A stretch of DNA of 64,000 nt from a virus (IMGVR_UViG_3300029610_000357:52285-116284), one strand, 5' to 3'. Positions 35,066 to 45,130 are shown, counted from the first letter of the stretch. Numbers and translations are program-made. Notes: generated from the sequence alone by a model not told the origin.

Positions 35066-35656
35066 ATGAGTAGAGTAAAAGAAATCAAAAAGCAGACAGA
35101 TAACAAGTTTTTGAATCTGTATGACTATACTGTGGTCGATAAGAATGGAAATGAGCATCCATATTATGTAGCTAGCAGACATAATGAAGAAGAGTTGGTA
35201 GCTAAAGTAGGAGAGCCTAAAGCAGACGCAGTGCTAATGTATGCTTATTATGGTGAGGAAAGAGATAAGTTGGTATTGATCAGACAGTTTAGATATCCAG
35301 TAAATGATTACATATATGAACTTCCTGCGGGTCTTGTAGATGAGGGAGAGACAGTTGTAGAAGCTGCAATTAGAGAAATGAAAGAAGAAACCGGTTTAGA
35401 CTTTAAGCCATGTGATGATATGTCTGGATTAAATAGACCGTGTTTTTCAAGTGCTGGTATGACAGATGAATGTGTTAGTACTGTGTATGGGATTGCAACT
35501 GGTGAGATTGATTTAAGTAAGTTAGAAGCGAATGAAGATTTGACAGTACAGATCGTAGATGTGGATGAAGCAGTGAGGATATTAGCAGAAGAGAAGTTGG
35601 GAATCAGGACTTATTATCTTCTATTGTTGTTTATTGCTGGGTCTAAGAATAGATAG
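35066..35656 (+). CDS. Nudix hydrolase (ADP-ribose pyrophosphatase-like)
   Basis: Nudix box GLVDEGETVVEAAIREMKEETGL. Confidence 0.85.
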   Translation: MSRVKEIKKQTDNKFLNLYDYTVVDKNGNEHPYYVASRHNEEELVAKVGEPKADAVLMYAYYGEERDKLVLIRQFRYPVNDYIYELPAGLVDEGETVVEAAIREMKEETGLDFKPCDDMSGLNRPCFSSAGMTDECVSTVYGIATGEIDLSKLEANEDLTVQIVDVDEAVRILAEEKLGIRTYYLLLLFIAGSKNR

Positions 35657-35669
35657 GAGCGAGTATATT

Positions 35670-36056
35670 ATGAGATGTTATGTAACAGGAAAAGCAAAAA
35701 CAACTGCAAATATGATAGCTATAGACTTTATTGAAGCTAGAAGAGGCGAGGAATTATTTGTCTTAGATTGGGATGAAACAGAATTAGGATTTGATACTGA
35801 TTGTGATGAACACGGATTTAAAAAGTTTTCAGGCAGACTAAAGGGAATTAAATTTAATGACCAGTATGCGAATGGTAAAATTGATGAAATTCGAGGAGCA
35901 CAATTATCTGATGTTCAGTTTTATATTCCAGATTGTACAAATACAGTAAAAGACATTAGCTTCGATAGTGTGCAGCTAGATGATGAAGGCGACTTATATG
36001 ATTTCTGCGTTGATAATCCGTATGAGAATATAATTTATACAATATGCCACGAATAG
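35670..36056 (+). CDS. hypothetical protein
   Basis: ATG 35670 after a GGAGCGAG RBS. Confidence 0.5.
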   Translation: MRCYVTGKAKTTANMIAIDFIEARRGEELFVLDWDETELGFDTDCDEHGFKKFSGRLKGIKFNDQYANGKIDEIRGAQLSDVQFYIPDCTNTVKDISFDSVQLDDEGDLYDFCVDNPYENIIYTICHE

Positions 36057-36071
36057 GAAGGAGATTTACAT

Positions 36072-36815
36072 ATGGCAGAGTTAGTTAAAGTAGAACAGAA
36101 ATCAGAATCAGATCAGTTACAACAGATGGTATTTGATAATGCTGATTTTGGAGAAGTGAGAACGGTTGTTATTGATGGTGATCCGTGGTTTGTTGGGAAA
36201 GATGTGGCCGAGTGTTTGGGTTATACGAATCCAAGTAAAGCATTGGCAGATCATGTTGATGACGATGATAAACTCAATAACAAAACGTTATCGAGTTTAG
36301 GACAACGTGGTGGCTGGCTTATCAACGAGTCAGGTATGTATGCATTGATCTTTGGAAGCAAGTTAGAGAAAGCGAGAGAATTCAAGAGATGGGTAACTTC
36401 AGAAGTGCTTCCAACATTAAGGAAAACAGGACATTATGAAGTTGCGGCGGATCAGAGTGTTAACCAACTTTTAGCAGAGTTTGGAGATTTTAAGGTTACA
36501 TATGTTCAGCAGATGGTCGAATTTAAAGACGCTTTAGAAAAGCAAACAAAGGCATTTGACAAGAGTATTTCAAACATGACTCTTTCAACAACTCAGCAAA
36601 ATAAAGTACATAGAGCAGTTAAAGATAGAGTGGGTTCACTGTTAGGTGGTGCCCACTCTGATTTATATAAAGAGAAAAGCAGAATGTATTTTGCTAATCT
36701 CTGGAATGATCTTAAGGCTGAGTTTGAGTGCGGTAGTAGATGGCAGGATCTGAATCCAGCTTATATGGAAGAAGCTATGAGTTGGATTAGATATTGGAAC
36801 TATGAAGGGAGATAA
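36072..36815 (+). CDS. Bro-N domain antirepressor-like protein with ORF6C-like C-terminus
   Basis: FGEVRTVVIDGDPWFVGKDVAECLGYTNPSKALADHV is the classic Bro-N pattern. Confidence 0.75.
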   Translation: MAELVKVEQKSESDQLQQMVFDNADFGEVRTVVIDGDPWFVGKDVAECLGYTNPSKALADHVDDDDKLNNKTLSSLGQRGGWLINESGMYALIFGSKLEKAREFKRWVTSEVLPTLRKTGHYEVAADQSVNQLLAEFGDFKVTYVQQMVEFKDALEKQTKAFDKSISNMTLSTTQQNKVHRAVKDRVGSLLGGAHSDLYKEKSRMYFANLWNDLKAEFECGSRWQDLNPAYMEEAMSWIRYWNYEGR

Positions 36816-36818
36816 GTT

Positions 36819-37097
36819 ATGACCAATGAAATGAAAGAAATGAAAATCTGGATTTCACAGCGAGATAAGAAGTATAGATATATGTTGTTAGATCGTATGA
36901 GATCAGATTGTGAGTACTACTTAAACGGTCATAAATGTGTTAATCATTTGTGGAGCAAGACGGAAGAAGAACAGATTGATTATATGCTGTTCATTTGGGA
37001 TTTGTTCACAGAAAACGAAAAGCCTGAATGGTTAAGTAGAGAGCAGATCATTGAGTTTGGAAAAAGAATGGGAGTAGAGGTGAAAGAAAATGAGTGA
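36819..37097 (+). CDS. hypothetical protein
   Basis: ORF track. Confidence 0.55.
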   Translation: MTNEMKEMKIWISQRDKKYRYMLLDRMRSDCEYYLNGHKCVNHLWSKTEEEQIDYMLFIWDLFTENEKPEWLSREQIIEFGKRMGVEVKENE

Positions 37098-37605
37098 GAA
37101 TATTACGATTAATCTTGAGGGGTTGAGTAAAGAAGAGAGAGAGCAATTGTTAGGACTGGTTGAGAAAGCTAAGAGGCCTAAAAAGATTTGGAAACCTGAA
37201 TACGGAGACTGGTATTGGTATATAAGTAGTGATGGACAAGTTTATAACTGTGAATGGGAAAATGATCGTATAGACCAGGGAAGATATTCTATGGGGAATT
37301 GCTTCAGAACTAAAGAAGAAGCAGAATTTGCAGGAGAAAAACAGAAAGTTAAGACCGAGCTTCAGAGATATGCTGACGAACACAATGATCCAAATCTTGA
37401 AGAATGGAATGTGAAAAATTGGCACTATTGTATTGAATATCTCCCAAAATGCGACGCACTAGAAATTGTGAGTATGTGTTCCAGAAGAATGGAATCCGTC
37501 ACATATTTCACATCTGAAAACATAGCAGAAGATGCAATGAAGGAAATTGGGAAAAAACGCATCATGAAATATCTATTTGATGTTGATTGTGAGGTGGATG
37601 AATGA
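37090..37605 (+). CDS. hypothetical protein
   Basis: ORF track; overlapping starts. Confidence 0.55.
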   Translation: MSENITINLEGLSKEEREQLLGLVEKAKRPKKIWKPEYGDWYWYISSDGQVYNCEWENDRIDQGRYSMGNCFRTKEEAEFAGEKQKVKTELQRYADEHNDPNLEEWNVKNWHYCIEYLPKCDALEIVSMCSRRMESVTYFTSENIAEDAMKEIGKKRIMKYLFDVDCEVDE

Positions 37606-37925
37606 GTACATATAAAATCGGAGAAATATTAGTATCACAAAGAGAAACAGAAGTTGAAACAATTTTTGGACGAAAAGAGGTAATCCCTAAAGGAAACAAA
37701 ATTATTATTACAGCTCATAAGCTTGGGCATCATATTAGGAACGGCATGAAACAGCCTTTGCAAAAGGATGCTGTTGTAAAAGGTTATGACACAGAAGGGC
37801 TTGCAGAGTATTTGTTTACGTGTATGAAAAGTCATCTTCCGATGGATGATATGATGTATGATTATGACTTAACAGAAGAGGATATCAAAGAAGTTATTGA
37901 AGAAGCATTGGATGAGATTTTTTAG
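37602..37925 (+). CDS. hypothetical protein
   Basis: ORF track. Confidence 0.55.
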   Translation: MSTYKIGEILVSQRETEVETIFGRKEVIPKGNKIIITAHKLGHHIRNGMKQPLQKDAVVKGYDTEGLAEYLFTCMKSHLPMDDMMYDYDLTEEDIKEVIEEALDEIF

Positions 37926-37941
37926 AAGAGGTGGTTAGGAA

Positions 37942-38337
37942 ATGATAACTGTATTGATCATGTTTTCGATTGTGATAGTGTATGTAATTATTTATAAAAC
38001 AAATCATTATTTACTAACACATAAAGAATCACCATGGACATATCCAAGATTACATAAATGCAGATGTGGTGGAAAGCCACAAGTTAAATGGTCTTATAGT
38101 CCAGATTTTAATTATGAAACACATAAATTATGTGGGTTGAGAGGAATATATGAAGTTAAAATCAATTGCCCAAAATGTGGCTTTTCTGTAACAGTAAATA
38201 GGCATTACGATTTATCAACTAAGGGGAACAATTTTAAAACAATTCCCGATCCAGGAAGTATTAATAGGGCAAATATGAAAGCGATAAGAGCATGGAATGA
38301 AACAAGTCCAGAAAAATGTGAGGAGTGTGACCGATGA
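37942..38337 (+). CDS. Lar-like restriction-alleviation zinc-ribbon protein with N-terminal TM helix
   Basis: CRCGGKPQVKW...CPKCGFSV...AIRAWNE resembles the Lar family pattern (C..CG...C..CG...A...WN). Confidence 0.5.
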   Translation: MITVLIMFSIVIVYVIIYKTNHYLLTHKESPWTYPRLHKCRCGGKPQVKWSYSPDFNYETHKLCGLRGIYEVKINCPKCGFSVTVNRHYDLSTKGNNFKTIPDPGSINRANMKAIRAWNETSPEKCEECDR

Positions 38338-38612
38338 AAAAGAAATTGTTAGTTTGTTGTATGGCGACAATTATGGGATGTATGTTAGCAGGGTGTGACG
38401 ATGGCTCATCGTATTATGACGAAAATGGAATCAATAAGACATTTACAATGGAAGACATTAATGGAGAGTTAAAATATGATACTCAAACAAAGATTGTTTA
38501 CTACAGGTATGTAGGAGGGCATGTAGGTTATATGTGTCCATATATCAGTAAAGATGGCCAATATTGTAAGTATGAAGATGGTAAAGTTATTCCTTTAGAG
38601 AAAGGAGAGTAA
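38334..38612 (+). CDS. lipoprotein
   Basis: Signal peptide with lipobox MLAGC. Confidence 0.7.
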   Translation: MKKKLLVCCMATIMGCMLAGCDDGSSYYDENGINKTFTMEDINGELKYDTQTKIVYYRYVGGHVGYMCPYISKDGQYCKYEDGKVIPLEKGE

Positions 38613-38614
38613 TT

Positions 38615-38968
38615 GTGGAAAATAAGAAATTAGATAAGTTCAATATGAAATATCCAGTGATTGTATTTCACGATAAGACACCTAAAGAAATTCCATACAT
38701 AGCCTATATTCCGTATTTCCTATGTAATACACAGGGGAAAACTGAAAAAGAATTGGAGCTTATGGTAGATGATCTTATTAAGATGTGTTTAGAAGAAGAT
38801 CACTGGCAGTTACCAAATTATGCAGATCCTGATATTAGCGATTGGGAATTAAAACAAATTGCAGACAATTCCCTTAAGGATCAGGGAGTGACTGAGGAAG
38901 AAAGAAAACAAATTGAAGTATCTGTTTGGTGGTATGAAGTGAAAACAGAGCTTAGAAAGGAACGATGA
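38615..38968 (+). CDS. hypothetical protein
   Basis: ORF track (GTG start). Confidence 0.5.
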   Translation: MENKKLDKFNMKYPVIVFHDKTPKEIPYIAYIPYFLCNTQGKTEKELELMVDDLIKMCLEEDHWQLPNYADPDISDWELKQIADNSLKDQGVTEEERKQIEVSVWWYEVKTELRKER

Positions 38969-38969
38969 G

Positions 38970-39146
38970 ATGGAAGTGATGTTTTACATATTATGGGTTT
39001 TTGGATTGATCGCAGCTTTGTGTGTGATTATTGGAATCCCATACATGTTAATTTACAACTATAAGAGAATCAGAGCTATTGACAAGAAACTTGATGGGAT
39101 GCTTAGGGGATTAAGCATTATGTTTGGTGAAGGAGATGATGAATAA
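38970..39146 (+). CDS. small membrane protein (58 aa)
   Basis: Own translation MEVMFYILWVFGLIAALCVIIGIPYMLIYNYKRIRAIDKKL...; its stop overlaps the next ATG. Confidence 0.45.
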   Translation: MEVMFYILWVFGLIAALCVIIGIPYMLIYNYKRIRAIDKKLDGMLRGLSIMFGEGDDE

Positions 39147-39373
39147 TGGAAGAAAAATTATTATGTTCTCATTGTCGTGAAAGAGTGCCTTATGAGACTT
39201 TTTCCAAAGAAACAACTGAAGTAATAAAGGGAATAGAAGTTACTTACACAGAAAACTATGGTGTTTGTAAAATTTGTGGACATCGAATCTTTGTTCCAGA
39301 GTTTGAGGATGACAACATGGAAAGATTAGATGAAGCTTATTGGAGAGAAGCAAAAAAGAAAAGGAGTGAATAA
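39146..39373 (+). CDS. YgiT/MqsA-type zinc-ribbon protein
   Basis: CSHCRERV...GIEVTYTENYGVCKICGHRI. Confidence 0.5.
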   Translation: MEEKLLCSHCRERVPYETFSKETTEVIKGIEVTYTENYGVCKICGHRIFVPEFEDDNMERLDEAYWREAKKKRSE

Positions 39374-39375
39374 TA

Positions 39376-39942
39376 ATGAAACCATATGATACAGGACTTG
39401 TTTGCGGAAGATTCCAGACATTTCATAAAGGACATGAGAGACTGGTTGATACCGGTCTTTTATTATGTGACCGTTTATTAATTTTAATTGGATCAGCACA
39501 AGAGTGTGGGACAGAAAGGAATCCATTCAACATTAACACAAGAACAAAAATTCTAAAGGAGATCTATGGAGACCGACCAGAAGTAATGATCTATGGATTA
39601 GCTGATATGACAGATGAAAATGATATCTGTCCTGAGTGGGGTAAATATTTATTAAACAATGTAGATCGTTATATCCACAAGAACCCCGAGATTATGATTT
39701 ATGGGAACGATGAAAGTCGAAGTGGTTGGTTTGACAAGAAAGACTTAGCTAATACGGCAGAGCTGATCGTAAATAGACAGGACTTGCCAATCAGTGCAAC
39801 TATGGTAAGAGAAGCTATGGCAAAAGATGATCGCAAGAAATGGATGAGTTTAGTGAATCCAAGATTACATAAAATGTATGATGAGCTGCGAGCAGAACTT
39901 ATGAGTGTGCCATTTTATCAGGAGTTGAATAAAGGAGAGTGA
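39376..39942 (+). CDS. nicotinamide-nucleotide adenylyltransferase (NadM/archaeal-type NMNAT)
   Basis: GRFQTFHKGH ((H/T)xGH nucleotidyltransferase motif) and ISATMVRE (ISxTxxR). Confidence 0.8.
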   Translation: MKPYDTGLVCGRFQTFHKGHERLVDTGLLLCDRLLILIGSAQECGTERNPFNINTRTKILKEIYGDRPEVMIYGLADMTDENDICPEWGKYLLNNVDRYIHKNPEIMIYGNDESRSGWFDKKDLANTAELIVNRQDLPISATMVREAMAKDDRKKWMSLVNPRLHKMYDELRAELMSVPFYQELNKGE

Positions 39943-39946
39943 TATA

Positions 39947-40354
39947 ATGAATGATTTTAGAATAGGAGATAAGGTATATTTTCATCCATACTGTTATGAT
40001 GATTATAGCATTAAATATGGCACGATTTCTAGATTTGAACAATCGTTAGACCCAGAAAGGCAATATGCAATTATATCATGTAAAAGAGGAGAGGGCCAGG
40101 ATAAGTATCATATGTTTCCTGAGGATTTATATCGTACAAAGGGAAAAGTAGAAGAAATTCTAAAACAGGAGTTTCGCACCAGAGTAGATGAAGTTAAAAA
40201 AGATATTCACACATTAGAGGATCTTTTGAATTTTTTATATGACAATGATGTTGCTATTGACATAGATGAGGACGATGATTATACAGATTGGGTAGATCGT
40301 GTTGCTGTTCAAGAATTAGCAAAAGAAATCTGTGGGATTGAATTAGGAGAGTAG
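39947..40354 (+). CDS. hypothetical protein
   Basis: ORF track. Confidence 0.55.
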   Translation: MNDFRIGDKVYFHPYCYDDYSIKYGTISRFEQSLDPERQYAIISCKRGEGQDKYHMFPEDLYRTKGKVEEILKQEFRTRVDEVKKDIHTLEDLLNFLYDNDVAIDIDEDDDYTDWVDRVAVQELAKEICGIELGE

Positions 40355-40359
40355 TACTT

Positions 40360-40794
40360 ATGAGCTCATTAGATGTTATTTATTTCCTAGTACTGCTCGG
40401 TACGGGATTTGTCTTAGGTTGGGGTTTTCATCTTATTAAAACAGAAAATGAGATGGAAGCAGATATAGGAGATATAGAAGATATAGAAGAACAATACGAA
40501 AGAAAACTTGAATATGCAGAGTATGAAATATCCACATTAAGACGAGAAAATCATAAATTACAAATTCGTGTAAGTGTTTTAAGGGATGATATCATAGCGC
40601 TTAAAACAGAAAGACTCGCAGATATCCAACGACATAAAACATTTGTGGAGGAAACAAAGAAATGGAAGTCTAAACAAATGTCGCCAGAAGTTAAAGAAGT
40701 GGTTAAATATGCTATGAAATCAGCGCATCCTGACAATGGTGGAGATGTAAAAGATTTTATGAAGTTTAGAGAGCTGTATAACAAGATTAAGTAA
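40360..40794 (+). CDS. membrane-anchored coiled-coil protein with J-domain-like HPD segment (paralog of 16235..16675)
   Basis: VKYAMKSAHPDNGGDVKDFMKFRELYNKI. Confidence 0.55.
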   Translation: MSSLDVIYFLVLLGTGFVLGWGFHLIKTENEMEADIGDIEDIEEQYERKLEYAEYEISTLRRENHKLQIRVSVLRDDIIALKTERLADIQRHKTFVEETKKWKSKQMSPEVKEVVKYAMKSAHPDNGGDVKDFMKFRELYNKIK

Positions 40795-40856
40795 ATACAT
40801 AAAGAAACTAATCGAGTATCAGATTTAGGATACAAGGCAGTATTAATCACATAGAG

Positions 40857-40936
40857 ATACGAAGACCCCGGCGACTGGAATCTACCACAGGAAACATTCC
40901 AAGTCGCCAGTCTTCGTATGGCTCTAAGATCATAAA
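40857..40936 (+). other. hairpin-box module C
   Basis: ATACGAAGAC..GCGACT-TGGAAT-loop-ATTCCA-AGTCGCC-GTCTTCGTAT, then ATCATAAA at 40929-40936. Confidence 0.55.
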
Positions 40937-40997
40937 TGAAATAAAGCAAGATACTATACTGATGAGTATTCTATTTAAAAGAAAAGGAGATTACATA

Positions 40998-42167
40998 ATG
41001 AGAGTAGTAGAATCAGGAAGAAAATACAAATTTTACAATAACGCAATTACAACATATGAGCAGTTGCCAGCAAAAACATATAGGGTAGCTTTTAATGATC
41101 AGGAAGGTTTTTCATTGGTTGAAACACATGACTTAGAAATGACAGAAACAAAAGTTTATGGTCAACATTTAGAAAAAGTAGATAAGGTTCTAAATGCATT
41201 AGATAAGATGAAACGTAATTTAGGAGTGATCTTAAGTGGTGACAAAGGAATTGGTAAGTCATTGTTCTCTAAGATGTTAGGAATCAAAGCGAAAGAAAGT
41301 GGAGTGCCAGTTATCTTAGTAGACGAGTATATTCCAGGAATTGCAAATTTCTTAGACGATATTGAACAGACTGTAATGGTATTGTTTGATGAATACGACA
41401 AGACTTTTGATGAAAACAAATATAATTGTCAGGCAGAAATGCTGTCATTGTTTGATGGGATGAGTGCAGGCAAAAAGCTATTTGTTATTACTTGTAATAA
41501 GATTGATGAGCTAAGTTCCTTCTTATTAAATAGACCAGGAAGATTTCATTATCATTTTAGATTTGCTTACCCTACAGTAGATGAGATTCAAGCATATATG
41601 GAAGACAAACTTGAAGAACAGTACTATGGAGAAATTGAAAATGTAATTGCCTTTAGTCTACGAATGAAATTGAATTATGATTGTCTTAGAGCAATTGCAT
41701 TTGAGCTAAATACTGGGTCAAGCTTTAAAGAGGCGATTGAGGATCTTAATATTTTAAGAATGTATAGTACCGAATATATAGATATCGTTGTTGAATTTGA
41801 AAATGGGAAAATATTAGAAGGAAGTGTACCAGAAAATGAACTATATGACGGTTCAGGATATGATATGGATTTGCATATTCCTTTGACTATTTCTAAATTA
41901 TACAATGATAGAGACATTGGAGAAATGAGATTAAATTTCACAGACAATTACGTAGATCCTGAGGAAAAATTAATTATGTTTAATTTTGAAGGTAATGAAG
42001 TCAAATTTTATGATACTTATACACCACATAAAATGCCAGATGAGGCCAAGTCTGAGGTTGCTAGAGAAATTACTAAAATTATTGAGGAAAATTATTCAGA
42101 ACAGCAGGTTAAACGTATTTTTATGGCACCAAAAGAAAACAAAGATGAATATAGATTTTTTGGTTAG
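40998..42167 (+). CDS. AAA+ ATPase
   Basis: Walker A GDKGIGKS, Walker B VMVLFDEYD. ATG 40998 after an AAAGGAG RBS. Confidence 0.7.
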   Translation: MRVVESGRKYKFYNNAITTYEQLPAKTYRVAFNDQEGFSLVETHDLEMTETKVYGQHLEKVDKVLNALDKMKRNLGVILSGDKGIGKSLFSKMLGIKAKESGVPVILVDEYIPGIANFLDDIEQTVMVLFDEYDKTFDENKYNCQAEMLSLFDGMSAGKKLFVITCNKIDELSSFLLNRPGRFHYHFRFAYPTVDEIQAYMEDKLEEQYYGEIENVIAFSLRMKLNYDCLRAIAFELNTGSSFKEAIEDLNILRMYSTEYIDIVVEFENGKILEGSVPENELYDGSGYDMDLHIPLTISKLYNDRDIGEMRLNFTDNYVDPEEKLIMFNFEGNEVKFYDTYTPHKMPDEAKSEVAREITKIIEENYSEQQVKRIFMAPKENKDEYRFFG

Positions 42168-42181
42168 AGAGGAGTGATTGA

Positions 42182-43096
42182 ATGAAGTGTTTTTATCATT
42201 TAGATTTAGATGGGAAGTGTGCGGGCTATTTAGTATGGCATTATGCTTGTTTAGGAGAGGAAGATGAAAACCCAGAGAATTTTATTAAGATTAATTATGG
42301 CATGGAGTTTCCATTAGACAAAATTAAAAGAGATGAAAGAGTGTTTATTGTTGATTTTAGCATTGAACCGGAAGATATGAAAGAACTCTTAAAAATTACA
42401 AAAAATGTAGTTTGGATTGATCATCATAAAACGACTATTGAAAAATATAAGGATTTTGAAAGCTATATTCCAGGGATAAGAATGACAGGGCCTGGAATAT
42501 CAGGGGCTTCATTGACATGGTGGTATTTCAATAATAATGCTCTCTTCGATGGAATGGAAAGGGTACAAGGGTTACAGCCAAAAGAAGATGAAGATTGGGA
42601 TGAAGATATGCCCCTTGCTCTTTTATTAGTAGCTGACTGGGATACATGGACATTCAATTATAGAGAGGAAACTAAATACTTTCATACAGCATTTGAAATG
42701 TTGGAATATGAGCCTTGGCAATTTGGCGAATGGTTCGAGCTTATAAAAGATCCTTATGTTCTTATTGAGCAAGGACGACTTCTTTATAAGTACAAACAGA
42801 AACAGGCAGAAGAATATATCAGTTCAAAGGGATTCGCTGTAGAGTTTGAGGGATATAAGTGTTTCGCTGTGAATCATGGATTGATTAATTCAGATTTCTT
42901 CGAGTCAGTTGATGATAAGTATGATATCTATATTGGATTTGCTTATAATGGTGGAAGCAAGAGATGGAGCTATAGCTTGAGAGCTGCGAATGATGATGTG
43001 GACGTAAGTGAGATCGCTATTAAGTACGGTGGTGGCGGACACAAAGGAGCTGCAGGATTCGCAAGTGATAAGTATGTTTTAGGAGAGATGAGCTAA
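42182..43096 (+). CDS. DHH/DHHA1 phosphoesterase (NrnA/RecJ-like)
   Basis: HLDLDG, VWIDHHKT (DHH), GGGGHKGAAG (DHHA1). Confidence 0.8.
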   Translation: MKCFYHLDLDGKCAGYLVWHYACLGEEDENPENFIKINYGMEFPLDKIKRDERVFIVDFSIEPEDMKELLKITKNVVWIDHHKTTIEKYKDFESYIPGIRMTGPGISGASLTWWYFNNNALFDGMERVQGLQPKEDEDWDEDMPLALLLVADWDTWTFNYREETKYFHTAFEMLEYEPWQFGEWFELIKDPYVLIEQGRLLYKYKQKQAEEYISSKGFAVEFEGYKCFAVNHGLINSDFFESVDDKYDIYIGFAYNGGSKRWSYSLRAANDDVDVSEIAIKYGGGGHKGAAGFASDKYVLGEMS

Positions 43097-43626
43097 TGAA
43101 AAAGTTAAATGATGAACAGAGGAAGTTGATTGAAGATAACTACAAGTTGATTAGGTTCCTATATAGAAGAAGTTATACTAGAGTGTGCTCTTGGGAGGTC
43201 TTTCAAGGGTTAGGACATGAAGCAATATGTAAAGCTGCTTTAGGATATGATCCTTCAAAAGGCAAGTTTACTACATATTTTACTTGGAAAATTAAACAAG
43301 CAATTGAACATTATTTTCGCTGTAACAACTATGATGTTCGAAAAGCCAATGATGGAGCAATGTCACTATATACACCACTTGAAGATTGTAAGAAGAAGGA
43401 AATAACCATATTAGATACATTACAAGCAAGCGATAATATCGCAGATACGGTAACAGAAGAAATTTATTGGAAAGAAAAGATAAGTAAATTACCCGATAAA
43501 ATTAAAAAGATGATCCAATTGACTTATGAAGGATACGGGCGAGAAGAGGTTGCCAAGAAGTTAAATGTCAGTAGATCTCTTGTTAGTGTGCGTATCATTG
43601 AATTTAAAAAGTCCATGGGGTATTAG
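43096..43626 (+). CDS. sigma-70 family RNA polymerase sigma factor
   Basis: Region 2-like FTTYFTWKIKQAIEHYFR and region 4 HTH REEVAKKLNVSRSLVSVRI. Confidence 0.65.
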   Translation: MKKLNDEQRKLIEDNYKLIRFLYRRSYTRVCSWEVFQGLGHEAICKAALGYDPSKGKFTTYFTWKIKQAIEHYFRCNNYDVRKANDGAMSLYTPLEDCKKKEITILDTLQASDNIADTVTEEIYWKEKISKLPDKIKKMIQLTYEGYGREEVAKKLNVSRSLVSVRIIEFKKSMGY

Positions 43627-43644
43627 AAAGGGGAGATGTGAAGA

Positions 43645-44109
43645 ATGGGTTTTTATCAGTATGGTCGTTATTGGGAGAACACGGAAGATGCTCACAATAG
43701 TGACTATTGGAAACACGAGGCAGCAAAAGATTTAAGAAGAAAGGGGATTGAGTGTATCTGGTTTGGTGTAGACAATAGAACACCTGAGATGTGGGCAGAA
43801 ATACAGGAAGACATTGCCAGAGAAGAAAGAGAAAAAGAAGAAGACCGCAAATATATGGAAGAGCATATTGGAGAATATATATGGGCTTTTATTAAAGGAA
43901 TTGTTATAGTCTGTACGTTCCCTTGTTTGTGCTGGCTATACTTAGGTGTTAGGTATGGCCATATGAACTACCAACAAAAAAATGCGTATAAGCTGGCTTG
44001 GGTGTTTAGTTTATTAGCATTAATATTTGGCCCTGTAGGATTTATGATGGTGTTTACACTGTTTGGATTGTATATCATCTTTGATGCAGGGCATGGGATG
44101 ATGCCATAG
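43645..44109 (+). CDS. membrane protein
   Basis: Two C-terminal TM helices. Confidence 0.55.
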   Translation: MGFYQYGRYWENTEDAHNSDYWKHEAAKDLRRKGIECIWFGVDNRTPEMWAEIQEDIAREEREKEEDRKYMEEHIGEYIWAFIKGIVIVCTFPCLCWLYLGVRYGHMNYQQKNAYKLAWVFSLLALIFGPVGFMMVFTLFGLYIIFDAGHGMMP

Positions 44110-44124
44110 AAAGGAGACGATTAA

Positions 44125-45114
44125 GTGAGCAATAGGGAAGGACACGAACAAGAAATTGAAGCAAAGACCAGAGAAAAACTTAAGGATTTGCCAGACTATT
44201 TGAACCAGTTCTATTATAGAATGACAGCAAATGGAATGCAGGCAACTACGAAAAGAAGTTACATTGGTTATTGTGTAAATTTCTTAAAGTATTTTTCTCC
44301 TGATTTGAGCATAGATCCAAACGATATAACAGATAGTGATATTGACAAATATATGGATTCAATCACTTATATAAATGGTAAGAAAGCTTCGGTGTCTAGT
44401 AGGGCAACGAAGCTTTCTGCTTTAAAAACATTCTTTGGATTTATGAAAGAAAGGGGAATTATAGAAAGAGATCCAACTAAAAGTATTAGGCCACCTAAGA
44501 ATAAAGGACTTAATCCTGTTGTATACTTAACAGAAACAGAAATTAAGATGGTTGAGCACACAATTCGTACTGGAGCAGGATCTCATAAAGCAAAAGCCAA
44601 ACAAAAGAAATGGCGGAATAGAGATTTAGCCATTTACTTTTTATTCTTATCAACCGGGATAAGGGTAGAAGCCTTGTCTGAGATTGATGTCGAAGACATT
44701 GACTTTCACGATAAAAAACTAATTGTTATAGACAAAGGTGAGAAAGAAATAATACATTTTTTGTCTGACCAGTTGATAGAATATATACAGATTTGGCTCG
44801 AAGATAGAGAAAAGTTTTTAACAGAAAAAGATAAAGAAGAAAAAGCGTTATTTCTTAACACTTCTTTAAACAGGTTGGGAGCAACAGGTATAAGAAGAAT
44901 GATAAAGAAATATACAGCAAATTTAGATAAAAAAATCACTCCACATAAATTGAGAAGTACATTTGCAACTATGATTTATCAAAAGACAGGGGACATTTAT
45001 TTAGCTTCTCAGATGATAGCTCATGAAAATATTAACACAACAAAGCGATATGCGGCTTGTGTCGAAGAGAGCAAGAGAGAAGCATCAGATATGATAGGAG
45101 ATGTCCTTTTTTAA
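44125..45114 (+). CDS. tyrosine recombinase/integrase (XerC/D-like)
   Basis: N-terminal SAM-like domain; TGIRVEAL, HKLRSTFAT, AHENINTTKRY (R..H.R..Y). Confidence 0.9.
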   Translation: MSNREGHEQEIEAKTREKLKDLPDYLNQFYYRMTANGMQATTKRSYIGYCVNFLKYFSPDLSIDPNDITDSDIDKYMDSITYINGKKASVSSRATKLSALKTFFGFMKERGIIERDPTKSIRPPKNKGLNPVVYLTETEIKMVEHTIRTGAGSHKAKAKQKKWRNRDLAIYFLFLSTGIRVEALSEIDVEDIDFHDKKLIVIDKGEKEIIHFLSDQLIEYIQIWLEDREKFLTEKDKEEKALFLNTSLNRLGATGIRRMIKKYTANLDKKITPHKLRSTFATMIYQKTGDIYLASQMIAHENINTTKRYAACVEESKREASDMIGDVLF

Positions 45115-45130
45115 TAAGGAGGAGTGCTTT

